Origin: an uncultured Gammaproteobacteria bacterium
GTDB taxonomy: Bacteria > Pseudomonadota > Gammaproteobacteria > Magnimaribacterales > D2472
Length of the DNA stretch: 64,000 nucleotides
Assembly: GCA_964523375.1 (NCBI GenBank)
Contig: CAZFYG010000005.1
Location: 9,372-73,371, forward strand
Reading direction: 5' to 3'
The notes under the pieces are model-generated. The model did not search any database, was not told the origin of the DNA, and was given only the letters and a program-made list of their open reading frames with translations. A program made the translations under genes and the position numbers. Shown here piece by piece: positions 8,641 to 18,279 of this stretch. Each line of letters begins with the position of its first letter. The stretch's first letter is position 1.

Positions 8641-11021
8641 TATCTATGAGAAGTTATTTGCTTATTTCTCTCCATTAAATCCTTCATTAAGTTTTTTGGA
8701 TTAGATCGATATGGTTTTGGTTTAAGTCTTGAAGGTACCATTCTCTGAGGGTAATAATTGTTTTCTATATTTGTATCCGCTAGCTCCCAGTATGGATCAA
8801 GAACCACTGAGCTTATTGGTTTGAGTGATCTTTTGAGCCATCTTGCATTTTTAGGGTTTTTTCTCCAAATTTCAGCAGGTATTTTTAGCTCTTCATTTGA
8901 ACCATCTGCATAATTAATCTTTAAAGGCAGGGGCATAACCAACCCACCAATATTTTCAAATTCTAAAATATAATAAAGTTCATTCTTTGCAATAGCTTCT
9001 GTGAGAGCTTTTTTCATCCACTCAGGGTCACTATTGTTTCTGTCATATAAATCATCAAGAATATCTTCATAGTCTCCCATTTCTCTCTCAGATGGGGTGA
9101 ATTTATCGTATTGATCATAGATGTCTAATAGCTCAGGCCTAACAGTAACTCTTTCAATAATACCTTCATCAATATTTCTAATATCAGATATCATTTTTGG
9201 TTCATTTTTAAAGTCCTGCCTATCTTTCTTAAGATTTTCTTCTGGATTTAGAGTATCCAATGTTGCTTCATAAATATTATTTATAGAGATATCTACGTGG
9301 TCCGTAGAAAAAAACCAACCATTCCAAAACCAATCCAAGTCTACACCTGACGCTTCTTCCATTGTTCTAAAAAAGTCATATGGAGTAGGGCGCTTAAATC
9401 TCCATCTTAAGCAATATTCTTTAAAAGCCTGATCAAATAACTCTCTTCCTAGAATAGTTTCCCGAAGAATTACTAAAGCAGTAGCAGGTTTTGCATATGC
9501 ATTGTTTCCAAATTGAAGAAGTGATTCTGAATTAGTCATAATTGGAACTTGATTCTCACTCTTCATATAGTCAACGATCCACCTAGCCTCACCCCGTCTT
9601 GAATTATATTCAACATCCCATTCTTGCTCTGCAATATATTGCATGAAAGTATTAAGACCCTCGTCCATCCATGTCCACTGTCGCTCATCTGAGTTAATGA
9701 TCATTGGAAAATAGTTATGCCCAACCTCGTGAATTACAACCCCAATAAGAAATTGTTTTTCACTTCTTGAATAAGTCCTTGTTCCATCATCCTCAAGATC
9801 AGTCCTTGGTCCATTGAAAGTAATCATGGGGTATTCCATTCCCCCAACAGGGCCATTAACGCTTTGAGATGTTGGGTATGGGTATTCAAAAGAGAATTTA
9901 GAATAAACCTCCATCGTATGCATTACTGCTTCCGTAGAATATTTTGACCATAATGGCTCACCTTCAAATGGATAAAATGACATCGCCATAACTAACGGAT
10001 TCTTTTCAGACTCTTGTTTGTAACCAGCCGCATCCCATATAAATTTTCTTGATGATGCCCATGCAAAATCTCTTACATTTTCTGCCTTGAATACCCATGT
10101 TTTTTTACTCAAGGACCTTTCTTTTTCATTTTCAAAAGCTTCTTCAGGGGTGACAATAAATATTGGCTTTTCTGAATTCTCAGCTTCTCTTAACCTTTTA
10201 ATTTGTGATTTAGTAAGAACATCTTTCTCATTTTGCAATACACCTGTAGAAGAGACAATATGGTCTGATGGTGTCGTTATAGAAACCTCAAAATCTCCAA
10301 ACTCAAGAGTAAACTCACCATTGCCTATAAATTCTTTGTTATGCCAGCCCTCATAATCAGAAAATGCAGCAACTCTTGGGTACCACTGAGCTACAAGAAA
10401 AATATCATTACCGTCTTCAAATGTCTCATAACCATTTCTAGCTCTTACAGCATTCTCTTCAACAAGTTTATATTCCCAATTTACAGATAATTCGATTGAT
10501 TTATTTTCCTCCAAAGGAGTATCAAGATTAACTCTTACCAATGTTCCAACTAAATTTACTTTTGCTTTTTTACCTGCAATTGATATTGATAAATTTTTGT
10601 ACCCGCCATCAAACTTATCCATAAAATTATTTCTTCTAAGCTCGCTGAAAGAAATTCTGCTCGTGCTTGATTGAGTTATAGTTTGATTCTTTACAGAATC
10701 AGATTTAAAAATATTTTGATCAAGCTGAAGCCAAATATATTTTAAATCAAGCGGCGAATTATTATGATAGGTAATAATTTCAGAGCCCTTAATCGATCTT
10801 TCATCTTCGTCTAAAGAAACTGAAATCTTATAATCTGCTTTTTGCTGCCAGTACTCTTTTCCAGGCTCTCCAGTTGCAGGTCTATATTGATTTGGGTCTG
10901 GATATCTTTCTTCCAATTGACGAAACTTATCGTCAAAGGCAATTTTTGATTGATGTGTTGTATGAGCATAAAGCAGGTTAGTTGAAACTAGCAGTAGCAG
11001 TAATATATTATTTGTTTTCAT
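8640..11021 (-). CDS. Secreted M1-family zinc aminopeptidase
   Basis: Signal peptide (LLLLLVSTNLLYA), GGMEYP exopeptidase motif, HEVGHNYF...WMDEGLNTF zinc site. The stop overlaps the downstream ATG by 1 nt. Confidence 0.88.
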   Translation of the reverse strand: MKTNNILLLLLVSTNLLYAHTTHQSKIAFDDKFRQLEERYPDPNQYRPATGEPGKEYWQQKADYKISVSLDEDERSIKGSEIITYHNNSPLDLKYIWLQLDQNIFKSDSVKNQTITQSSTSRISFSELRRNNFMDKFDGGYKNLSISIAGKKAKVNLVGTLVRVNLDTPLEENKSIELSVNWEYKLVEENAVRARNGYETFEDGNDIFLVAQWYPRVAAFSDYEGWHNKEFIGNGEFTLEFGDFEVSITTPSDHIVSSTGVLQNEKDVLTKSQIKRLREAENSEKPIFIVTPEEAFENEKERSLSKKTWVFKAENVRDFAWASSRKFIWDAAGYKQESEKNPLVMAMSFYPFEGEPLWSKYSTEAVMHTMEVYSKFSFEYPYPTSQSVNGPVGGMEYPMITFNGPRTDLEDDGTRTYSRSEKQFLIGVVIHEVGHNYFPMIINSDERQWTWMDEGLNTFMQYIAEQEWDVEYNSRRGEARWIVDYMKSENQVPIMTNSESLLQFGNNAYAKPATALVILRETILGRELFDQAFKEYCLRWRFKRPTPYDFFRTMEEASGVDLDWFWNGWFFSTDHVDISINNIYEATLDTLNPEENLKKDRQDFKNEPKMISDIRNIDEGIIERVTVRPELLDIYDQYDKFTPSEREMGDYEDILDDLYDRNNSDPEWMKKALTEAIAKNELYYILEFENIGGLVMPLPLKINYADGSNEELKIPAEIWRKNPKNARWLKRSLKPISSVVLDPYWELADTNIENNYYPQRMVPSRLKPKPYRSNPKNLMKDLMERNKQITSHR

Positions 11022-11190
11022 CTAAATCTCGAATTATCTTGATGTCATTTTCTGGTTTTCTATCACCAAACCTGTTGATTTTATCTGGCCTATCTAGTTG
11101 TTTTTTTGAAGCCTTAAATTTAGAAAGATTTATAAAAATAAATAGAGAAAGGATAAACATTCCACCAAATATAATAGTGTTCCAGGACAT
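11008..11190 (-). CDS. Small hypothetical membrane protein (one N-terminal TM helix, charged tail)
   Basis: 60 aa. ATG directly abuts the upstream stop and the 3' end overlaps the M1 peptidase start by 14 nt. No homology was recognised. Confidence 0.45.
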   Translation of the reverse strand: MSWNTIIFGGMFILSLFIFINLSKFKASKKQLDRPDKINRFGDRKPENDIKIIRDLDENK

Positions 11191-11937
11191 TTATCTTCTA
11201 CTATTAAGTTTCATGAGAAGGCGAAGAATCTCTATGTATAGCCATATAAGAGTAACCATTAAAGAGAATGCACCATACCATTCCATATATTTTGGCATAC
11301 CTTTATCTGCACCTTCTTCAATAAAATCAAAATCTAAGACAAGATTAAGCGCAGCTATACCAACAACAAAAACAGAAAAACCTATACCCATAAGGCCATT
11401 AGAATGAATGAACCCTATGCTATTTCCAAAAAAGCTCATTATGAAACTAATTAAATACAGCAATGCTATCCCAGCAGTTGCTGAGAAAATCATTAATCTA
11501 AAGTTTTCTGTAGGTTTTATAATTCCACTTTTGTAACAAAATAAAAGAGAAGCAAGTATTCCAAAAGTTAAGCCTAGCGCTTGAATAGCAATGCCAGGAT
11601 ACATGGTCTCTGCAAACATTGTTATTCCACCCAACATAATACCTTGGCTTAAAGAGTATAATGGTGCAGTTGACCCAGCCTTTGAAGGGCTTCTAAAAAT
11701 TGTAACCATTCCTAGGATAAAACCAATAATTCCAGCTGGCAAAGACAATACAGGCATATTCCAGCCAACTCCAGCCCCTAGAAAACAAAGTACAAGTAGG
11801 ATAGATGTCTTATTGACTGCTCCATCAAGGGTCATTCTTTCACTTGAAGCAAGTGTAGAATCATTCGATGTGAAGTTTCTAGTAAATGCTGGGTTACCAG
11901 ATCTACCAAATGTATTAAGTGCTGAATGTTTGGACAT
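11191..11937 (-). CDS. Bax inhibitor-1/YccA family membrane protein
   Basis: N-terminus is SGNPAF, followed by about 7 TM helices. The preferred start is the internal ATG at 11937 (MSKHSALN); the tracked ORF extends to 11988. Confidence 0.75.
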   Translation of the reverse strand: MSKHSALNTFGRSGNPAFTRNFTSNDSTLASSERMTLDGAVNKTSILLVLCFLGAGVGWNMPVLSLPAGIIGFILGMVTIFRSPSKAGSTAPLYSLSQGIMLGGITMFAETMYPGIAIQALGLTFGILASLLFCYKSGIIKPTENFRLMIFSATAGIALLYLISFIMSFFGNSIGFIHSNGLMGIGFSVFVVGIAALNLVLDFDFIEEGADKGMPKYMEWYGAFSLMVTLIWLYIEILRLLMKLNSRR

Positions 11938-12007
11938 TAATATTCTCCTAATTATATGAATATGTATATAGTAATTATCTAGTAACAAATAAACAAATTA
12001 AAAGGCT

Positions 12008-13051
12008 TTACATGCTTTTAATCCATTTATTTATAAGAGCTACACCTTCGTCATGATTAAGAAATCTACCAGACTCAGGCATCATTATACCCGGATCTCG
12101 TGACTGCATTCTAAAAGGCATAATTGATTCTTCGGGCGCGCCTGGTTTAATTGAATATTTAAAATTATTGCTTGCTCTACCTGCTGCAACTGGCTTTTTA
12201 TAAACCCCTATATGCTCACTTCTATCTTCAGCAAAGTTAAGATAAAGACCTGTAGTATCTGCAGAGCCTCCAGGTATATGACAATGACCACAATTGATGT
12301 CCAAATATGCTCTAGCCCTTGAATCAAGATCAATAGATGTATTAGACCAATCAGGCATGGTGCTATAGTCTATTTGAGAATCTATCCAACCTTCATTTGC
12401 CCATCTATTAAGCTGATTCATGCTTATATCTTGATAATCATAATCATGATTGAGATTTCTAGCCTTAGGGCCTATAGGCTTAATTTCTTTTCCAGATTGA
12501 TGACATTCTTTACATTGATTGATGTTGGGCACTCTGTAGCGGACTTCTCTTATATCTCCTTTGTCATTTACAAATGAAGTATTTATAGTCTTTCCTGCGA
12601 TATTTAAGAATGCATCGCTTTGCTCTTCATTCCATACATAGCTAATATTTCTCCAAGCATTACCTTTTTTAATTAACAAACGAGTTTCAAGTAGCTGCTC
12701 TTCTAATTCTGATTCACTAGAATTGTTTAGGTATGCAAATGTTTTAATCAGGGCAGATCCATCTGGAAAATTAAAAACATGGTTCTCTTTATACTCAGCC
12801 TTTCCACCTGCAGGAATGTAAATAAATCTTAATTTATCTGTGTAATCTGTAAATAACGGGTTTACAAGATCATATGGCAAAACACCATCTTGCGGTGTCT
12901 GCAACTTCATATTTGAGAAAAAACCAAAATCAGAAAGTTTCTTTGGCATTTTGCTAGCTAAAACCACAGAATCATTTACTGTTGCATAGACTAGACCTGG
13001 AATAGTTAAAAAGTATAGAAAGAGAAAAAATAAGCTTTTATTATTCTTCAC
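12008..13051 (-). CDS. Secreted dihaem c-type cytochrome (HNE_0200/SO_2930-like family, function unknown)
   Basis: Signal peptide plus two CxxCH haem motifs (CKECH, CGHCH). It overlaps the upstream beta-helix gene by 11 nt. Confidence 0.75.
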   Translation of the reverse strand: MKNNKSLFFLFLYFLTIPGLVYATVNDSVVLASKMPKKLSDFGFFSNMKLQTPQDGVLPYDLVNPLFTDYTDKLRFIYIPAGGKAEYKENHVFNFPDGSALIKTFAYLNNSSESELEEQLLETRLLIKKGNAWRNISYVWNEEQSDAFLNIAGKTINTSFVNDKGDIREVRYRVPNINQCKECHQSGKEIKPIGPKARNLNHDYDYQDISMNQLNRWANEGWIDSQIDYSTMPDWSNTSIDLDSRARAYLDINCGHCHIPGGSADTTGLYLNFAEDRSEHIGVYKKPVAAGRASNNFKYSIKPGAPEESIMPFRMQSRDPGIMMPESGRFLNHDEGVALINKWIKSM

Positions 13052-14270
13052 TTAGAACAACTCTTTCAAGAGGCGAAATTCCCCCAACGTACCAGTCATA
13101 ATCCCTAACAACAGGATCAAATAATGGAAGCATATACTTTAGTGGGCTTATGGTAAGAAACGTTGCATCTCCGTTATCGCCTAAAATTATTGTTTCTTTT
13201 TTAGTTTTTGAAGAAAATATCTTAGATACCGGAACAACTCCATCCCAGAAGATGTCTGGCATATTCCCATCAGATAATTCATATAAAATTTTAGCAAGCT
13301 CTCCAGTTTCAAGATCAGGATTATGCCCAGATTTAGAAAATTTATTACCATGGATTTGTATTCTAGAAGGATGTGGATTGTATTGCTCGTCATCTGTCTC
13401 ATAGGAGTAGGTAACCACTGCAATATTTATAGTTTCGTTGCCACCAATATTATTGTTAAAAATTTCAACATCAGAGTTTGCTTGAACAAGAACGCCTGTA
13501 CCTCTGGGAACTTCTCCAACAATATTTCCCTCTGGAGCAAAGTTATCAGTATTGTTGTTCACAATATCATTATCATAAACTCTTACATGATGACCACCTT
13601 GCTGGGGAAGGCTGGGCAAATCAAAGACAAGAATTCCACCAGTATTATTAGTAGCAGTATTGTTATACACATCGGCATAGTAAGAGTTTTCAATTTCAAT
13701 ACCAGCTACATTAAATTCAGCAGTACTATTTTTGACTACAATGTTTTGAGATTGACCCACATATATCCCTGCATCAGATGCTCCAATTGCAACACAACCA
13801 TCAATAAGAACGTTTGTAGACTCAACTGGGTATAGGCCATATGCACCATTTTTTGAATTGGGGCCACCAGTCCATTCAGTCTTAACTTTAATAAATTTAA
13901 TGTTATCAACACCCTTTGCTTTAATAGCATCACCTTTGGCATTTTGAATTGTGAATTCTTTTAAAGTGACATTATCTGAAGTAACAAGAAGGCCTTGAGC
14001 ACCACTTTGTTGGTTTGCAAATGAGATTATTGTGCCATTCATACTAGAGCCAACCAAAGTAATACCGTCAACGTCTATGGATAGTGAATCTTCTAATTCG
14101 TAGTATCCATCTGAAAGCTTAATTATGTCTCCAGAGGATGCGAGTATTAAGGCTTCTTGAATTTCCGAGTAAGGGTCGGTGCTTGGTGATACCTCAATTA
14201 GATCAGCAGATAATAAAGTGCTATGAATCAGTAAGAGGCAAAAACTAGCTTGCTTCAGGTATTTCATCAA
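13041..14270 (-). CDS. Secreted right-handed parallel beta-helix repeat protein (NosD/CASH-like)
   Basis: Signal peptide (FCLLLIHSTLLSA). Repeated N/G-rich turns are present (NVLIDGCVAIGASDAGIYV, NIVVKNSTAEFNVAGIEIE, VYNNTATNNTGGILV, VYDNDIVNNN). Confidence 0.8.
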   Translation of the reverse strand: MMKYLKQASFCLLLIHSTLLSADLIEVSPSTDPYSEIQEALILASSGDIIKLSDGYYELEDSLSIDVDGITLVGSSMNGTIISFANQQSGAQGLLVTSDNVTLKEFTIQNAKGDAIKAKGVDNIKFIKVKTEWTGGPNSKNGAYGLYPVESTNVLIDGCVAIGASDAGIYVGQSQNIVVKNSTAEFNVAGIEIENSYYADVYNNTATNNTGGILVFDLPSLPQQGGHHVRVYDNDIVNNNTDNFAPEGNIVGEVPRGTGVLVQANSDVEIFNNNIGGNETINIAVVTYSYETDDEQYNPHPSRIQIHGNKFSKSGHNPDLETGELAKILYELSDGNMPDIFWDGVVPVSKIFSSKTKKETIILGDNGDATFLTISPLKYMLPLFDPVVRDYDWYVGGISPLERVVLSEE

Positions 14271-15351
14271 ACTTTTCGAGAGGTTTATTTAGTTCAGCCC
14301 AGTCACACTCAAAGTCATCTGGGGCATTCTCATACTCTAACAAGCCCAACGCTTCAAATTTTGGTCTAATTTCATCAGTTAAAAGACCTATTCTAGAAAG
14401 ATTAGGTATGACTCTTGAGAATAGAAAGTTCCTGAACATCTCAAAAGATGAGGTTTGCATCTGAAAATCTCTAGCTTCTTCTGCTGTCATTTTAAGATAT
14501 TTTTGCTCAGCTTTTGTATTGATCAGCCTTTCTCGTGAAATAACACATGCTTCGTATGCAAACTCAGCTCTATCTTGAATTTCTTCTGGACTTAAGGTTT
14601 TTACAAAGTCTTCAAGATAATTGATACCAAAAGTTACATGTCTGGCCTCATCCCTTATTACATAATGCAAAAGCTGCTTCAAAAGAGGGTCTTTTGTAAT
14701 ACTTTTTAACATCTGGAAAGCTGCAAGAGCTAATCCCTCAATAATAATTTGCATGCCTATAAATTTAAGATCCCATCTCTCATCTGTTAAGATTTTGTCT
14801 AATAAAAGCTTTAATGATGGGTTGATTGGGTAATGTATTCCAATCTTATCTTGTAAATACTTATTGAAAACTTCTACATGTCTTGCCTCATCAAAGGTTT
14901 GTGATGCTGCATACAGTTTTGCATTATAAGTTGGAGCACAACTAGCAAGTTGAGAAGCAACAAGAAGAGCGCCTTGCTCACCATGAAGGAACTGACTCAA
15001 AAGCTCCGCAGTAGTATGCCTATCAAAATTAATTTTATCTTCGTCTGATAGGGCCTCATAGGCTGCTAAAGTTTCATGTGGTAACTGCTCATCAGGGTCA
15101 ACAAGCTTTTCATCAGCAGGGTGGTTATAATCCCATTGTAAATCTATGGAACCGTTCCAATTTAATTCCTTACCAAGCTCATATAGTTTTTTTATTCTAT
15201 TATCAGCAACTGTGTAGTCCCAATTATATGCGCCTGTTAGCGGCGTGTTAAATATTTCCACCACATCTTCTACATGCGAAGGCTTTATATCTAGCTCATC
15301 ATCAAAGTATAGTAAATCTTTAGGGGGACCATCTTGCTTATTAATTTTCAT
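14245..15351 (-). CDS. Ferritin-like diiron oxygenase (AurF-like family)
   Basis: Two DEARH motifs plus HGEQGA and IIEGLA, which together make a diiron-carboxylate ligand pattern. No signal peptide. The 3' end overlaps the next gene by 26 nt. Confidence 0.7.
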   Translation of the reverse strand: MKINKQDGPPKDLLYFDDELDIKPSHVEDVVEIFNTPLTGAYNWDYTVADNRIKKLYELGKELNWNGSIDLQWDYNHPADEKLVDPDEQLPHETLAAYEALSDEDKINFDRHTTAELLSQFLHGEQGALLVASQLASCAPTYNAKLYAASQTFDEARHVEVFNKYLQDKIGIHYPINPSLKLLLDKILTDERWDLKFIGMQIIIEGLALAAFQMLKSITKDPLLKQLLHYVIRDEARHVTFGINYLEDFVKTLSPEEIQDRAEFAYEACVISRERLINTKAEQKYLKMTAEEARDFQMQTSSFEMFRNFLFSRVIPNLSRIGLLTDEIRPKFEALGLLEYENAPDDFECDWAELNKPLEKFDEIPEAS

Positions 15352-15375
15352 GTAACCTCAACTATTAGTAATTCA

Positions 15376-15394
15376 ATGTTTACAGTGTAAACAT
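15376..15394. promoter_or_regulatory. Perfect palindrome ATGTTTAC-AGT-GTAAACAT (candidate operator or weak terminator)
   Basis: 8-bp arms located between the cobT stop (15413) and the diiron-oxygenase start (15351). Confidence 0.35.
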
Positions 15395-15412
15395 ACATCC
15401 ATTCTATAGTAG

Positions 15413-17182
15413 TTAGCTTGTTTTGAAAAGTTTTGTTAATTTCTCAAGCAATACCTCTCCAAGTTCTTCGGCTCTATGAATAGTGATAGCGTCTTTATAG
15501 TATTTATTGACATCATGACCGATGCCGATAGCTTGAAGCTCTATATTTTTTGAAGACTCAATATACTCAATACTATCTTTCAAATGACCGTCTAGGTAGT
15601 TTTCTGAATTAGCTGAAAGGGTACTATCATCTACTGGAGCACCATCAGATATAACAATAATAATTTTTCTTTGCTCTTGCCGTTTCATTAGCCTGCTATA
15701 AGACCATAGCAAGGCTTCCCCATCTATATTTTCTTTAAGCAAACCTTCTCTTAACATTGCGCCAAAATATTTTCTTGCTCTTCGCCAACTATTATCTGCA
15801 CTTTTATAAACAATATGCCTCAAGTCATTCAATCGGCCAGGGTTTGCAGGCTGACCTTTATCTACCCATTCTTGTTTAGAACTTCCGCCTTTCCAATTTT
15901 TGGTAGTAAACCCCAAAACTTCTGTTTTAACAGCACATCTTTCAAAAGTACTGCTGATAATATCTCCGCATATAGCCGCAAGACTTATAGATCTTCCTCT
16001 CATTGAGCCGGAATTATCTATCAATAATGTTATTACCGTGTCTTTAAATTTATTTTCAGATTCTTGCTTATAACTAAGAGGGTAGCCTGGCTCTGCTACA
16101 ACTCTATGAAGCCTAGATGTATCTAATGTTCCCTCTTCAAGATCAAAATTCCAGCTTGTGTTTTGTTGAGACAGTAACAGCCTCTGCAATCTGTTGGCTA
16201 ACTTTCCTATTGTTGTTAAATGGGGTTTTATTAAATTGTCGAGTTGAGATCTCAGTCTTATTGCCTCTTCTGGTGATATTAGATCTCGCGCCTCGATTAC
16301 TTCATCAAATTTATTTGTAAAAACTTTATAATTTTTTTCACTAGCACCAATGAGATCAATGTTATTGATATTGCTTAATTCAATTTCTTCATCAATCGAG
16401 CTTTCGCTTGAAGAAATTGTGACTTCTTGTTGCAACTCATCAATATCCATTTCTACTTCAAGAATTTCTTCTGAATTAATATCATCACCACTGTCATCAC
16501 TTCTATTTTCTGCGTCATCTTCATGCGTGGTTTCATTCGACTGACTTACGTCATCAGCCATCTCTTCAGAATCTTCACTTACACTTTCAACCTTGATAAG
16601 GTCGAGTGACTCTAAAAGTTTAATTGCTAATGAGGTAAAGCTATCTTGATTATCAAGAGATTTTAATAAGCCTTGTTTGTATTCATCAAGCCTATCTTTT
16701 GCATATTCTTTCTCTAGCTCGCTAATAAGTTTTTTTGATTTTTGGTTTAAAGGGTGATTGCTTGCTTGCTTAAGCCATAAGTTGAACACCATTGGAGGGT
16801 TTTCATGAATATCATAAAGCTCACCTGCAATGACATTGTAATACTCAGTAATATTTTTTTTTGAGCCATAAAATTGAGCACTTCCTAAAATCTCAACTCT
16901 AGATATTTCTAATTCACTTATTATGTCTTTTGCAAATGAATTGATATTGGGTTTTATAAGCTCCTTATGGAAAGTATGCCAGAAGGCTTGAAAATCTGAT
17001 TCAGCCCTCCATGCATTAAGTTTTTTTGAAGATCTTGGGACGGGAGATATTTTTGCTTCATTAAATTGTGGAGGCCTTGAAGGAGAGCCAATTTTTGTTT
17101 CGATTTCTTTGTTATTTGATATGGCTTTCAAAGAAGAAATCCCAGCTTCATGAAGCATTTCCCTTCTTTTTTTCCAATTCAT
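15413..17182 (-). CDS. cobT: CobT-family protein (vWA domain with MIDAS, acidic central tract)
   Basis: The C-terminal vWA domain carries LLIDNSGSM (DxSxS). A long D/E/S-rich central region is typical of aerobic CobT. Confidence 0.85.
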   Translation of the reverse strand: MNWKKRREMLHEAGISSLKAISNNKEIETKIGSPSRPPQFNEAKISPVPRSSKKLNAWRAESDFQAFWHTFHKELIKPNINSFAKDIISELEISRVEILGSAQFYGSKKNITEYYNVIAGELYDIHENPPMVFNLWLKQASNHPLNQKSKKLISELEKEYAKDRLDEYKQGLLKSLDNQDSFTSLAIKLLESLDLIKVESVSEDSEEMADDVSQSNETTHEDDAENRSDDSGDDINSEEILEVEMDIDELQQEVTISSSESSIDEEIELSNINNIDLIGASEKNYKVFTNKFDEVIEARDLISPEEAIRLRSQLDNLIKPHLTTIGKLANRLQRLLLSQQNTSWNFDLEEGTLDTSRLHRVVAEPGYPLSYKQESENKFKDTVITLLIDNSGSMRGRSISLAAICGDIISSTFERCAVKTEVLGFTTKNWKGGSSKQEWVDKGQPANPGRLNDLRHIVYKSADNSWRRARKYFGAMLREGLLKENIDGEALLWSYSRLMKRQEQRKIIIVISDGAPVDDSTLSANSENYLDGHLKDSIEYIESSKNIELQAIGIGHDVNKYYKDAITIHRAEELGEVLLEKLTKLFKTS

Positions 17183-17191
17183 AATAAGTCT

Positions 17192-18166
17192 TTAATCTGG
17201 TCTTTTCTCTTGGATATCTTCACCAAAGCACCTTTGATAATACTCAGCAATTATAGGCTTCTCCGTATCATCACATTTATTAAAGAAACTAAGTTTAAAT
17301 GATGCGCTTATGTCTTTAAATATAGTGAAGTTCTCAGCCCATGAAATTACAGTTCTAGGGGACATAATTGTCGAAATATCTCCATTAATAAATCCAGCTC
17401 TTGTAAGATTTGCTAATTGGATCATATCTTTAATTAAAGTTTTATTTTTTTGAGATTTTAGTTTTTTAAGCCTTGAAGAGACAACATTAAACTCTTGAGT
17501 TGGGCTTAGATAATTCAAAGATGAGAGAATATGCCATCTATCAAGCTGGCCTTGATTGATTTGCTGAGTGCCATGGTAAAGACCAGTCACATCTCCAAGA
17601 CCTATTGTGTTAGTTGTCGCAAAAAGCCTAAAAGATGGGTGAGGGTTAATCACTTTATTTTGATCTAATAACGTTAACTTTCCTTCAACCTCTAAAATTC
17701 TTTGAATTACAAACATTACATCAGGCCTTCCGGCGTCATACTCATCAAAAACTAATGCAACAGGATTCTGAATAGACCACGGCAGTAAACCTTCTTGAAA
17801 TTCTGTAATTTGCTTACCATCTTTAAGTTTAATTACATCTTTACCCAACAAGTCTATTCTGCTTATATGGCTATCTAGATTTATTCTCACACAAGGCCAA
17901 TTTAATCTTGCCGCTACTTGCTCTATGTGTGTGGATTTTCCTGTTCCATGAAAACCCTGAACCATGACCCTTCTGTTATGTTGAAATCCTGCAAGGATGG
18001 ACAAAGTTGTTTCTTGATCAAAAACATAATTATTATCTACTTCTGGAACCCACTCTGTCTTTTCTTTATAACCTTTAACAATCAAATCAGATTTTATTTT
18101 AAATACCTCTGATACTTTAAAATCAGCATTGGGTTTTTGTGGAAGCTGAATATTAGAATTAGACAT
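17192..18166 (-). CDS. cobS: CobS-family AAA+ (MoxR-like) ATPase
   Basis: Very close to canonical CobS as recalled: GFHGTGKSTHIEQVAARLNWPCVRINLDSHISRIDL, FDEYDAGRPDVMFVIQRILE, LYHGTQQINQGQLDRW. Confidence 0.9.
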   Translation of the reverse strand: MSNSNIQLPQKPNADFKVSEVFKIKSDLIVKGYKEKTEWVPEVDNNYVFDQETTLSILAGFQHNRRVMVQGFHGTGKSTHIEQVAARLNWPCVRINLDSHISRIDLLGKDVIKLKDGKQITEFQEGLLPWSIQNPVALVFDEYDAGRPDVMFVIQRILEVEGKLTLLDQNKVINPHPSFRLFATTNTIGLGDVTGLYHGTQQINQGQLDRWHILSSLNYLSPTQEFNVVSSRLKKLKSQKNKTLIKDMIQLANLTRAGFINGDISTIMSPRTVISWAENFTIFKDISASFKLSFFNKCDDTEKPIIAEYYQRCFGEDIQEKRPD

Positions 18167-18203
18167 TATTTTTTTCCCATTATTTTTTAAAATTATCCTA
18201 CCT

Positions 18204-18217
18204 TTTGATATATCAAA
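18204..18217. promoter_or_regulatory. 14-bp perfect palindrome TTTGATATATCAAA in the cobS/tesB divergent region
   Basis: Seen directly in the sequence. It may be an operator, but AT-rich palindromes also arise by chance. Confidence 0.2.
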
Positions 18218-18279
18218 GTTCTAGTTTTTTATCAAACAATGTAAGATGTAAACCATTATAACTTAGACAGAGAACCAGA

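Noticed and set aside
13323-13835. A 170-aa ORF, plus neighbours at 13150-13404, 13187-13423 and 13736-13942, inside the beta-helix gene
   Set aside because: These are antisense or out-of-frame shadows of a well-supported gene. They are low-complexity I/N/S-rich translations typical of AT-rich DNA.
16380-16620. The acidic, serine-rich low-complexity tract in CobT as a possible repeat element or frameshifted region
   Set aside because: The frame is continuous, and an acidic central linker is a normal feature of CobT-family proteins.
18204-18217. TTTGATATATCAAA as an FNR/CRP-family site
   Set aside because: The TTGAT and ATCAA half-sites are separated by 2 bp rather than the 4 bp required for FNR, and the CRP consensus (TGTGA-N6-TCACA) is absent. 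It is kept only as a generic low-confidence palindrome.
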